A DNA stretch of 64,000 bases. Origin: a bacterium (lineage in GTDB: Bacteria > Patescibacteriota > Minisyncoccia > Phycocordibacterales > Phycocordibacteraceae). The notes under the pieces were generated by a model that saw only the letters and a list, made by a program, of their open reading frames with translations, was not told the origin of the DNA and made no database searches. Positions 9,846-18,855 of this stretch are shown here, one piece after another (positions within the stretch are counted from its first letter, which is position 1; every line of letters begins with the position of its first letter). The position numbers and the translations under genes are program-made. Location of the stretch: positions 42,463-106,462 of the forward strand of contig JAHFMR010000002.1 in the NCBI GenBank assembly GCA_023267755.1, given 5' to 3'.

Positions 9846-9943
9846 ACTGAATGCAAATTAGGTTATACCCATGATACTAACAGGTTCTCCCCGAAACACC
9901 ACCCTGTCTTGTTTTAGTGTAAAAGCGTATACTCCAGAATATT

Positions 9944-11293
9944 ATGGACAAAGGGAATCCGAAGGAATTGTGGGAATACATTCTTACTCAGGTTGAACTC
10001 TCTGTTTCTCCAGCAAACTTCAATACATGGTTCCGAAACAGCTTCATCGTAAAGATTGAAGATGGAGTTATCTATGTCGGCGTGCCGAGTCAATTCTTCA
10101 AAGACTGGTACCTTAAGAAGTTCCACACACTCCTTCTAAAGATTGTCCGTGATATTTCTTATGAGTTCCGCAATATTGAGTATCTCATTGTGAAGGATGA
10201 ACGCCGTAAGGTGCAGAAGGAGGTAAAAAACACTCGTGGCGTACTCGAACTTCCGCTTGATGAGTTTTATATCAACAAAAGCGATAGTCTAAACCCACGT
10301 TACACCTTCGACACGTTCGTCATTGGTTCCTTTAATAATCTCGCTTATGCAGCAGCGCAGGCGGTGCTTACGCGTCCTGGTATCACCTATAACCCTCTCT
10401 TTATTTACGGTGACACGGGGCGCGGCAAGACCCATTTAATTCAAGCTATTGGTAATCAGTATAAGAAACAATATCCAGGGCGTAAGGCGTTTTATCTGAC
10501 TTCAGAGAAGTTTACAATCGACTACACTGACTCGGTTCAGGCCGGTACGGCAAACCGTTTTAAAGATAAATATCGTCAGTATGATCTGCTTATTATGGAT
10601 GATGTGCAGTTCCTATCGAAGAAACTAAAGACTGAGGAGGAGCTCTTCCATCTCTTTAACACACTTCACGACACTAATAAGCAGATTATTTTCTCCTCTG
10701 ATCGTGCGCCTGCGGCTATTCCTGATATAGCCGACCGCCTGAAGGGGCGCCTCGCGAGTGGTATGACCATAGATATCGGCGAACCCGATCCTGAATCCCG
10801 TATGGCGATAGTGAAGAGGAAAGCTGCTTCTCACGGGGTGATGCTCTCTGATGAAGTGGTTGAGTATGTCGCCACTACTATGAGTGGTTCTATTCGTGAA
10901 CTTGAGGGTATGGTGAATAATCTTATCTGTCACGCACAAGTAAAAGGTTTTGCGCCGGATATTCTTGAAGTTCGTCAGTCACTCCGATCATTTACCCGCC
11001 CCCAGAAGACTATTTCTGTAAAAAATGTCGTTGATAAGGTTGCTTCTTTTTATGGTATTGATGAAGAGAGTATTTATGAGAAGACTCGTAGAAGGGAGGT
11101 GGTGCGCCCGCGCCAAGTAATTATGTACATCCTTCGAGAAGATTTTAATATTTCATATCCCACTATTGGAACAAAACTTGGTGGTCGTGATCACACGACT
11201 GTTATCCACTCCTGTGAAAAAATAAAACGTGAAGTAGTTGTTGATACTGATCTCGCAAAAGAAATTCAGAATATTCGCACTCTTCTTGTATGA
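9944..11293 (+). CDS. dnaA: Chromosomal replication initiator DnaA
   Basis: YNPLFIYGDTGRGKTHL, DLLIMDDVQFL, GGRDHTTVIHS. Confidence 0.98.
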   Translation: MDKGNPKELWEYILTQVELSVSPANFNTWFRNSFIVKIEDGVIYVGVPSQFFKDWYLKKFHTLLLKIVRDISYEFRNIEYLIVKDERRKVQKEVKNTRGVLELPLDEFYINKSDSLNPRYTFDTFVIGSFNNLAYAAAQAVLTRPGITYNPLFIYGDTGRGKTHLIQAIGNQYKKQYPGRKAFYLTSEKFTIDYTDSVQAGTANRFKDKYRQYDLLIMDDVQFLSKKLKTEEELFHLFNTLHDTNKQIIFSSDRAPAAIPDIADRLKGRLASGMTIDIGEPDPESRMAIVKRKAASHGVMLSDEVVEYVATTMSGSIRELEGMVNNLICHAQVKGFAPDILEVRQSLRSFTRPQKTISVKNVVDKVASFYGIDEESIYEKTRRREVVRPRQVIMYILREDFNISYPTIGTKLGGRDHTTVIHSCEKIKREVVVDTDLAKEIQNIRTLLV

Positions 11294-11405
11294 CTTCTTT
11301 CAACGTATTGTACACAGGTTATCTTTTTGAAAAGAGTAAAAATAATCAATATATACAAGCATTTTTTGACCTATCCCCACTATCCACTATACTAATAAGC
11401 ATCGT
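11294..11405. promoter_or_regulatory. Putative oriC unwinding region overlapping the dnaN promoter
   Basis: AT-rich dnaA-dnaN spacer with DnaA-box-like TTGTACACA (11308), tandem CTATCCCCA/CTATCCACT (11371-11388) and TACTAATAA trio-like repeats. Also reads as TTGACC-N16-TATACT. Confidence 0.55.
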
Positions 11406-12506
11406 ATGATTATTTCTTTAGATAAAAAAATATTCTCTGAAGCAGTGCATACTGTTGCTCGTTTTGCAGAGCGGAAGAGTGGAACACTTCCTGTACTCTC
11501 ATCCATCCTTATTCTTGCTGGAGATGAAGGAATTAAATTACGTGCAACAAATCTTGAAACAGGTATTGATTTAAAACTCGAAGGAACCTGTACTACAAAA
11601 GGAGTAGTTGCTGTCCCCGCAGTAGTCTTACAACAAATTGCTGGATCACTCACAAATGAGGGGAGTATTACTCTTGAACACACTGGAGATATTCTTTCAC
11701 TCTCAAGCGGCACAGGGAAAAGTTCAATAAAAACAATTCCTTACGATGATTTCCCCTCAATTCCATTCCCAGAAAATCCAAAAAATAGAATCATCCTCCC
11801 GGGAATCATTTTAAAAAACCTCTTCACCACTATCGCCTCCTGCGCTTCCTCCTCAACTATCCGCCCAGAACTCTCAAGTATCTATCTTTCTATTGAAGGA
11901 GGAGTATTAACAGCTGTTGCAACAGACTCATTCAGGCTCGCAGAAAAGAAAGTTCCCCTCACTAATAAAGGGACACAAGGAAAATTCCTTATTCCCGCGA
12001 AGAATGCACTCGATATAGCGCAAGCACTTCCAGATGACGATATTATTATTTCATTTGATGAGCACCAATGCGCTTTTGTGAGTCAGGGTGGTATGCTCGT
12101 TTCGCGTCTTACGAACGCAACCTACCCCGACTACCGGCAAATAATTCCAAAAGAGTCTGTTGTTGAAGCGGTAATACTTAGGAAAGATTTTGAGACCGCA
12201 CTAAAACGAACAACTATCTTCTCAGATGCATTCCAGAAAATACGTATCAGCTTCGATCAGAAGAAGAATAAATTTATATTATTCGCGCGAAATACTGATA
12301 TTGGAGAATCCACCGAGACAATCTCTGCAAACATATCTGGAACTGCACTCGACCTCTCGTTTAATCACCGGTATCTCTCAGCGGTGCTCGCACTTACTAA
12401 TGCCGAGAGTCTCTCGCTTCTTGCTGCGGGTATCGGCCGCCCACTTATCATCAAGGGTGTTGGAGACACCTCACTCCTCTACCTCGTTTCACCGATGAAT
12501 CAGTAG
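11406..12506 (+). CDS. dnaN: DNA polymerase III beta sliding clamp
   Basis: LRATNLETGI, AVATDSFRLA, SRL...YPDYRQIIP, YLVSPM; follows dnaA. Confidence 0.97.
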   Translation: MIISLDKKIFSEAVHTVARFAERKSGTLPVLSSILILAGDEGIKLRATNLETGIDLKLEGTCTTKGVVAVPAVVLQQIAGSLTNEGSITLEHTGDILSLSSGTGKSSIKTIPYDDFPSIPFPENPKNRIILPGIILKNLFTTIASCASSSTIRPELSSIYLSIEGGVLTAVATDSFRLAEKKVPLTNKGTQGKFLIPAKNALDIAQALPDDDIIISFDEHQCAFVSQGGMLVSRLTNATYPDYRQIIPKESVVEAVILRKDFETALKRTTIFSDAFQKIRISFDQKKNKFILFARNTDIGESTETISANISGTALDLSFNHRYLSAVLALTNAESLSLLAAGIGRPLIIKGVGDTSLLYLVSPMNQ

Positions 12507-12508
12507 AG

Positions 12509-14677
12509 TTACGGTGCTGTAGTTGAAACAGAAGAGAGCGGTACGGGGAGTAATGGGCCACCAATAAAGAGTTCAGGATGAGTGGTATACCAAAACTGCA
12601 CACCATATTCCCAGTACGCATACTGGGGATCTTGTGCGGGATTTGTCGGCGGGGCCCCTTGGGGGTTATTTTTATCCGTCCAGTAGAGGAGATCGTGTGG
12701 GGCGATAGTTCCTATTGCGTCTGGAATACGCCATTCACCACGAAGCATTGGGGGTACCCCAGAAGAGATAGAATCAGGCTCTCCGAAATAAGCTTCTGGA
12801 TATTTTGAAAGTGCGTAGGCCATTACCTCGTGCCACATCGGCACGGCTATGAAACCAGCAATCGTCTTCACCATTGGTGTATTGTCGTTATTACCAACCC
12901 AGACGCCTATGGCGATAGAAGGGGTATAGCCGACCGTCCAAGCATCACGAGTATCGTTGGTCGTACCCGTCTTAACCGCGACATCATAGCCAGGGAAGGA
13001 CATTGGTGAGTTGAGTGCATACTCTGGAACACGCGCAGGAGCGTCGGAGAGCATTGCTGACATATCGCGCGCAATGTTGCTTGGCAACACTTGGGAAGGA
13101 TTTGCCGCATATGACTGGAGGGTGGCACCCGCAGCACCCTTCACTTCAAGGATACCTGTCGGGGTGTTGAGAACACCGTCATTTGCGAATACTGAGTAGG
13201 CCCCTGTGAGATCAAGGAGGCGCACTTCGCCGCCGCCGAGCACGAGTGTGAGGCCATATTGGTTCGGATCGCCAAGAGTTGAAAGGCCGAACGACTTAGC
13301 AAGATTGATGGCTTGTTGGATGCCGACGAGGTAGAGCACTTTCACTGCGGGGACGTTGATTGATTGGGCGAGTGCGGTCTCAAAGGTCATTGGGCCGCGG
13401 TAGGTGTTATCAAAGTTCCCAGGAGAGTAGCAGGGCGGTGTGGTCCCCACTTTATTATTAATGTCAGAAGGTTTGCAGGCGGTCGAGAATTGCGTTGGAG
13501 TGTCAAAGACAATGGTGTCGCGTGTGTAGCCCTTCATAAGAGCGAGGGAGTAGATGAAGGGTTTCATCGTCGAGCCCGGCTGGCGAGACGCGAGAGTTGC
13601 ATTGTACTGGCCGTCAATATCTTTATCAAAGAAGTTGCGTGATCCGACCATCGCGAGAATCTGGCCAGTCGCAGGATCAAGCGCGATCAGCGAGGCGTTG
13701 GTCGCGTTGAAATTCTTCACATTCTGGAGGGCGTAGGTATTTAAGATTGATTCTGCCTTCACCTCAAGATCAGCGTCGAGTGTGGTGATTACACGAAGGC
13801 CCGACGTCAGTGCCTGGGAGCCATACGCGTTCTCAAGTTGACCAAGAATATAGAACACGAAATGTGGTGCGATGATAGAGTTCTGGCCCGCAGGAGCAAA
13901 CGAGACTTGCTCTGTCTTCGCACTCGCAAAGGCGGCGTCATCGATAAAACCGAGCTTATGCATACGCTCAATAACAAGATCCTTACGGGTGTCGAGTGCA
14001 GCACGGTTCGCGCCGTATGGGGAGTAGAAGGAGGGGGCTTGGATCATCGCGGCGAGGTAGGAAGCTTGTGCAATCGAGAGATCCTTGGCCGGTCGTCCGA
14101 AATAAGATTCAGCTGCCGCTTCAATCCCATAGAGCGTCCCACCGTAAGGGATATTGTTTAAATAAGATTCTAGAATCTGCTCCTTTGAGTACATCTGCTC
14201 GAGTTTAATCGCCAAGACCCATTCATTAATTTTACGAACGAAACTCTTCTGATTGGTGAGGAGCTCATTCTTCACCACCTGCTGGGTAATCGTCGAGCCA
14301 CCCTGCGAGAGGGAACCAGCAAGGATATTAATGAAGATAGAACGGAAGATAGAGGTAAGACGGATACCGCCGTGTTCATAAAAACTCGAATCCTCGATAG
14401 CGATAGTGGCGTTAATCGTATTTGGAGAGATGTCTGAGATAGGAACGATACTCCGCTTCGTGTCGCGATTATAGTCATAAAGCAGGACTTGCCCGGTGCG
14501 GTCGTAAATCTTGGTCGATTGATCGACCTGGCGAGCAGCAAAGGAATGAATATCTGGAACGGGGGTGAGTGCGACAGCAATAAGGAGGCTTCCCGCCGCG
14601 AGGAAACCTACTCCACACACAAGAAAAAACAGTATGAGGAGCTTATGTCTCCATAAGACCGTCTGACGAGAAGTCAT
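12509..14677 (-). CDS. Class A penicillin-binding protein (transglycosylase/transpeptidase)
   Basis: AIEDSSFYEHGG, GGSTITQQVVKN, RQPGSTMKP, SIN and KTGT motifs. Confidence 0.95.
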   Translation of the reverse strand: MTSRQTVLWRHKLLILFFLVCGVGFLAAGSLLIAVALTPVPDIHSFAARQVDQSTKIYDRTGQVLLYDYNRDTKRSIVPISDISPNTINATIAIEDSSFYEHGGIRLTSIFRSIFINILAGSLSQGGSTITQQVVKNELLTNQKSFVRKINEWVLAIKLEQMYSKEQILESYLNNIPYGGTLYGIEAAAESYFGRPAKDLSIAQASYLAAMIQAPSFYSPYGANRAALDTRKDLVIERMHKLGFIDDAAFASAKTEQVSFAPAGQNSIIAPHFVFYILGQLENAYGSQALTSGLRVITTLDADLEVKAESILNTYALQNVKNFNATNASLIALDPATGQILAMVGSRNFFDKDIDGQYNATLASRQPGSTMKPFIYSLALMKGYTRDTIVFDTPTQFSTACKPSDINNKVGTTPPCYSPGNFDNTYRGPMTFETALAQSINVPAVKVLYLVGIQQAINLAKSFGLSTLGDPNQYGLTLVLGGGEVRLLDLTGAYSVFANDGVLNTPTGILEVKGAAGATLQSYAANPSQVLPSNIARDMSAMLSDAPARVPEYALNSPMSFPGYDVAVKTGTTNDTRDAWTVGYTPSIAIGVWVGNNDNTPMVKTIAGFIAVPMWHEVMAYALSKYPEAYFGEPDSISSGVPPMLRGEWRIPDAIGTIAPHDLLYWTDKNNPQGAPPTNPAQDPQYAYWEYGVQFWYTTHPELFIGGPLLPVPLSSVSTTAP

Positions 14678-14694
14678 ACGGCTATGGTACCATT

Positions 14695-14832
14695 TTAATG
14701 AGTTTCTTCTTCGAAATTATCTTCAGAAAATCGATCGTGCCCATCGTTTTCACTATGAGCATCGAGGCCGTCTTCCTCGAGGAGATCGTCCTCGAGATTT
14801 TCATCAAGAATTTCATCCGGGTCATCCAACAT
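14695..14832 (-). CDS. Small very acidic hypothetical protein (45 aa)
   Basis: MLDDPDEILDENLEDDLLEEDG...EEETH*; 21 of 45 residues D/E; fills the ruvC-PBP gap. Confidence 0.55.
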   Translation of the reverse strand: MLDDPDEILDENLEDDLLEEDGLDAHSENDGHDRFSEDNFEEETH

Positions 14833-14890
14833 ATGAATATATGTACCAAAAAAAATACCGCACGCAAGGGGGCGTTTTGCGGGGTGTGGA

Positions 14891-15367
14891 TTAGTGAGCA
14901 GGAAGACCGAACGCAAGCGCTGTGATGCCCACCGCAATCGCGTCGAGTTCGTCATCAAGGCGTTTCTTCGGGGGGAGAGGTAGGAGGCGCGGAATCATCA
15001 GCGCAATAGCGGCTTTATCAGAGCCGCCGTGGCCGGTGACCGCGAGTTTTATCTGTTGTGGAGAGCACTCGATGATGGGTAGGGAAGCGAGACCAGCAGC
15101 TGCGAGGATAGCGCCGCGTGCCTCAGCGACACCGATGGCCGTCTTCTTGTTGATACTGAAGAAGAGCGTCTCGAGAGCAACAGCATCAGGGGTATACGTT
15201 GCTATCGCACCAGTGACGGCACGAGATACGTGAGCAAGGCGCACCTCACGAGCGCCTTTCTCCGGCTGGACACAATCACTCATCAGAAGTGTCGGGCGCG
15301 AGGGGTCTCCCTCGATGACTGCGATACCGAGTCTGTCGTAGCCCGGGTCAATCGCCAGTATTCTCAT
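14891..15367 (-). CDS. ruvC: Holliday junction resolvase RuvC
   Basis: MRILAIDPGYDRLG, ALETLFF, VAEARG, DDELDAIAV. Confidence 0.95.
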   Translation of the reverse strand: MRILAIDPGYDRLGIAVIEGDPSRPTLLMSDCVQPEKGAREVRLAHVSRAVTGAIATYTPDAVALETLFFSINKKTAIGVAEARGAILAAAGLASLPIIECSPQQIKLAVTGHGGSDKAAIALMIPRLLPLPPKKRLDDELDAIAVGITALAFGLPAH

Positions 15368-15917
15368 CGTCGGTGCTCTCATAGCCACGCGCATTGGTGA
15401 ACACCTGTTGGACGTCTTCGTGTTCGTCGAGCATCTCGAGGAGCGCGCCAAGCTTCTCCTCATCAGCACCCGAGACGTCGGTGAGCGGCTCGTTCGGGAT
15501 ATATCTCGCACCGACCTTAGTGAAGGCCCAGGTAGCAGAACCAGGAGCGGCAACCTCGAGACCTTGTTTAGCAAACAAGTGTTTAATCTCGGGAGTCGTA
15601 CGGTTCTTGTTGTCAGTCAGAGCATCGATGATAACAGCGACACCCGCGGGGCCGTAGGCTTCATAGACGATTTGCTCGAGATTACCAGAATCTTTTGACG
15701 CCCCTTTGGCGATGGCACGCTCGATGTTCTCCTTGGGCATATTAGCGGCCTTAGCACGCGCAATAGCGGCAGTAAGACCAGGGGCCGTAAGAATACCGTT
15801 TGCCTTCTTCGACTCGAGAGCGACGAGTCGCGCGAAACGTGAGAAGACACGGCTGCGTGCCGCGTCAGTGACGCCCTTCTGTCGCTTAATCTGTGACCAT
15901 TTACTGTGACCGGACAT
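15348..15917 (-). CDS. YebC/PmpR family protein (short form)
   Basis: MSGHSKWSQIKRQKG, YEAYGP, LTDNKNRT, EHEDVQQVFTN. Confidence 0.95.
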   Translation of the reverse strand: MSGHSKWSQIKRQKGVTDAARSRVFSRFARLVALESKKANGILTAPGLTAAIARAKAANMPKENIERAIAKGASKDSGNLEQIVYEAYGPAGVAVIIDALTDNKNRTTPEIKHLFAKQGLEVAAPGSATWAFTKVGARYIPNEPLTDVSGADEEKLGALLEMLDEHEDVQQVFTNARGYESTDDENTGD

Positions 15918-15996
15918 ATGGGAACTATAGCAAAACCTGATTACAAACTGAAATAACTACTGTATCAGTAAGAGTGGGGTACAATAGAGATGCGTT

Positions 15997-16551
15997 ATGC
16001 AAAGAAACAAGCTCGTCATCGCGCTCGCCCTCACCACTGCCGTCTCAGCGTCTATTATGATGATCTCTGTCGCCTGGCGAGCTGGCTATGCTGATGGTTT
16101 CGTAAAGGGTGCTTCAGCGAAGCAACCACAAGGTCAGACACCAGCAGAAGTGAAAACTATCGTGGGGAAGATCAGTGGTATTACTGGTACGACAGTCACG
16201 ATACAAACATATATCACCGGATCAGCGAAACCTGTTACCTACCAGATTGGTACCAATTCTAGTACCACGTTTGAGCGGATGATACAAAAAGACCAGAAGA
16301 CATACCAAGCCGAACAAGTCACCTTTAGTGCGAAACTGAAAACAGCAAGGGCAAATGGTACTGTGACTCCTCTTGGTCCGATTCCTCCCGCCCCATTTAC
16401 TTTGCAAAAGAGTTCTCTAATCAATCTTCGTATAGGGGATGTTATTTTAACGATAATGCCTAGAAATACTCCAGCATCAGAGACACCTGTTGCGACAAGG
16501 ATACTTTTTGAGACTTTTCCTCAAACAGCGTCCTCATCACCACTACAATAG
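15997..16551 (+). CDS. Membrane-anchored hypothetical protein (OB-fold-like)
   Basis: N-terminal TM; IVGKISGITGTTVTI ... LRIGDVI pattern. Confidence 0.6.
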   Translation: MQRNKLVIALALTTAVSASIMMISVAWRAGYADGFVKGASAKQPQGQTPAEVKTIVGKISGITGTTVTIQTYITGSAKPVTYQIGTNSSTTFERMIQKDQKTYQAEQVTFSAKLKTARANGTVTPLGPIPPAPFTLQKSSLINLRIGDVILTIMPRNTPASETPVATRILFETFPQTASSSPLQ

Positions 16552-16570
16552 ACATGCTGGAAAGCTTTGT

Positions 16571-18211
16571 ATGAAAAAGCGAAACATCCTCCTGATTTCA
16601 ATTTTCGCGGGAGTTGGGATGTTCTCTCCGATACCAGTCGATGCCCAGGCAGGGAATTGTTCTACCCTATATCTCACTCTCACTACCAATACTCAGAACT
16701 ATAGCGTCTATACTGCCGCTGTAGCGGCGGGTTGGAATTACGGCATGCAGGTCGTGCTCACAATAAACAGCGGCGTGTATGTATGGTCTGACAGTACGTA
16801 TCTCCCAGCGCTTGATACTTGGGGATTCCCAGAGAACACCGGCCTGACTATCATCAACAATGGGTACATCATTGGTAAGGGTGGAGATGGCGGGGGTTAC
16901 TTCTATATAGTCCCGCTTATTTATGGCCAGAATGGAGGGGACGCTATGTTCGTTACTATTCCAGTGACTATAGACAGTTCGCAAGGGTATATTGCAGGCG
17001 GGGGCGGTGGTGGTGGCTCTGGCGGTGGTGGTGGCGGTGGCGGCGCTGGTGGCGGTACTGGGGGTACTGCCGGGGGAGCGTATTATTTGGTTAGTGGTGG
17101 TATTGGGGGTAGTGTTGGAAATATAGGAAATGATGGAATAGGAGACAGAGAATTAATACCATCGGGTTTAGGCGGCGGTGCCGGAGGAGGAGGAGGAGCA
17201 TTTGGCGGTGGTTTTGGTAGTGCAAGTGGCGGTGGTGGCGGGAGAATACTCCCGGGAGTCGGTGGTAGCGGAGGTCGTGGTAATGCTGGCGGTTCTGGAG
17301 GTAATCCAGGTCTCCAAACTACTAGTGGTTATGGTGGTGATGGTGGTGGCGGTGGTGGCGGTTGGGGAGCTGTGGGGGGTGCAGGATACGCTAGCACAAT
17401 TGCGGGTGGGCAAGGGGGTAGGGCAATTAATACAAACGGCAATTTAATTACTTGGATCGGCGGACTCCCGGCCGGGCACGTGTTCGGTGATATCTTGCCG
17501 GCCCCAACTCAAACACAATCCGTGATCTGTTGCGCTCCAAACTCAGGCACGTTCTGCTCCGTCTCAAATGCGTGTGGTCAGGCTAATTACGGCATTACTC
17601 AATGTGACGGCTCCTGTTCCGCTTTCACTCTCCCAAATCCTTATGGGTATGGCACCTCCTGCACCTCCTCTCCCAACATCTGTGGACAGGCCAATACAGG
17701 AATCATTGATTGTGGTGGGACGTGTACCGCAACCGTGCCCGCTCTACCATCTAACTATGGCAATCTCTGCACTTCCGCTACGAATGCTTGTGGGAATAAT
17801 GTCGGAACAGTCAGTTGTGACGGAACGTGCTCGGCAACTGCACCATTCGTACCATCTAACTACAACACCCCCTGCACCCTTACTTCAGCAGCTAACGGCT
17901 GCGGTATGACCAACACGGCAACAGGCACCTACAACTGCTCTGGTGTCTGTGGTGTTGCCGCTCCCGCTACTCCCGCCAACTCCCTCTGCACCCCTCCTCC
18001 CGCTCCCACTATCTCCGGTCCTTATCAGAACGGACCATCCCTCATCAACCCCGCTTATGCCTATGATCCTCTCGGCTACCAAGTCTTCGCTCAGGCCACG
18101 AGCCCCTATGCCACTAATCCCGCAGTGGATTCGCATCTCACCTACTACTTCGAGTATTCTACCGATGGAGTGAACTGGACGAGAGGGGAGTGGGCGTCGC
18201 GAGTGAAGTAG
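16571..18211 (+). CDS. Secreted glycine-rich protein with Cys-rich tandem repeats (putative adhesin)
   Basis: Signal peptide; LTIINNGYIIGKGGDGG and polyglycine tracts; four ~35-aa Cys repeats. Confidence 0.75.
   Translation: MKKRNILLISIFAGVGMFSPIPVDAQAGNCSTLYLTLTTNTQNYSVYTAAVAAGWNYGMQVVLTINSGVYVWSDSTYLPALDTWGFPENTGLTIINNGYIIGKGGDGGGYFYIVPLIYGQNGGDAMFVTIPVTIDSSQGYIAGGGGGGGSGGGGGGGGAGGGTGGTAGGAYYLVSGGIGGSVGNIGNDGIGDRELIPSGLGGGAGGGGGAFGGGFGSASGGGGGRILPGVGGSGGRGNAGGSGGNPGLQTTSGYGGDGGGGGGGWGAVGGAGYASTIAGGQGGRAINTNGNLITWIGGLPAGHVFGDILPAPTQTQSVICCAPNSGTFCSVSNACGQANYGITQCDGSCSAFTLPNPYGYGTSCTSSPNICGQANTGIIDCGGTCTATVPALPSNYGNLCTSATNACGNNVGTVSCDGTCSATAPFVPSNYNTPCTLTSAANGCGMTNTATGTYNCSGVCGVAAPATPANSLCTPPPAPTISGPYQNGPSLINPAYAYDPLGYQVFAQATSPYATNPAVDSHLTYYFEYSTDGVNWTRGEWASRVK
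17545..17990 (+). repeat. Four degenerate intragenic Cys-rich repeats
   Basis: Units CSVSNACGQANYGITQCDGSC, CTSSPNICGQANTGIIDCGGTC, CTSATNACGNNVGTVSCDGTC, CTLTSAANGCGMTNTATGTYNCSGVC. Confidence 0.75.
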
Positions 18212-18261
18212 TAGATGGCTGGCTAATGCTGCAGATACCCACGCCGTGTTAAGATTTTTCC

Positions 18262-18756
18262 ATGCAAAAGCCTCTCACGAATCACGCATATATAGATGGT
18301 GCGAATCTCCACAACGCGATGAGCGATCTCGGTTGGCGTCTTGATTACCAGAGACTGCACATCCTGCTCAAAGAAAAATACGGTGTTAAACAAGCGTACC
18401 TCTTCATCGGGCTCATACCGAAATACAAAGGATTATATGCGTATCTGCAGGAATGTGGCTTTATCCTTGTCTTCAAAGAAGTTACTTATGACGGAACAGG
18501 GAAGCCGAAAGGAAATTGCGATGCCGACCTGGTGTTGTATGCGATGCGGGATGCGTATGAAAAGAAGATGGAACGTGCGGTTCTCGTATCGAGCGATGGA
18601 GATTATGCAGAGCTCGTGAAGTTCCTCTGTGACCGCGGTCAATTCGCGACTATCTTATCGCCGAGTAAAAAGGAGAAATGCTCTCTGTTATTGAAGAGGA
18701 CGAATGCACCTATAGCTTATATCGCTGATAAACGGACAGTTCTCGAGCTGAAATGA
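18262..18756 (+). CDS. NYN domain (PIN-like, LabA/DUF88) putative RNase
   Basis: YIDGANL, KGNCDADLV, LVSSDGDYAELV: acidic catalytic set intact. Confidence 0.9.
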   Translation: MQKPLTNHAYIDGANLHNAMSDLGWRLDYQRLHILLKEKYGVKQAYLFIGLIPKYKGLYAYLQECGFILVFKEVTYDGTGKPKGNCDADLVLYAMRDAYEKKMERAVLVSSDGDYAELVKFLCDRGQFATILSPSKKEKCSLLLKRTNAPIAYIADKRTVLELK

Positions 18757-18807
18757 AAAAGCCCCCGGTAGAGACGGAACTCTACAGGGGTCTTCTTCGT
18801 GGTGATT
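18756..18807 (-). ncRNA. Candidate small hairpin RNA convergent on the NYN gene
   Basis: Minus-strand TTGCGC-N16-TATACT (extended -10) upstream; hairpin AAGACCCC-T-GTAGAG-ttccgt-CTCTAC-C-GGGGGCTT followed by a U-run. Confidence 0.4.
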
Positions 18808-18855
18808 AGTTTCAGTATAGCAAGATTGACTCAGGGCGCAACAATTGTGCAAGAA

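Noticed and set aside
11202-11210. DnaA-box-like TTATCCACT inside dnaA
   Set aside because: Coincides with the conserved TTVIHS codons, so it cannot be distinguished from coding constraint.
16990-17420. GGN-rich tracts as possible G-quadruplex or microsatellite element
   Set aside because: Fully explained by polyglycine coding with varied third positions.
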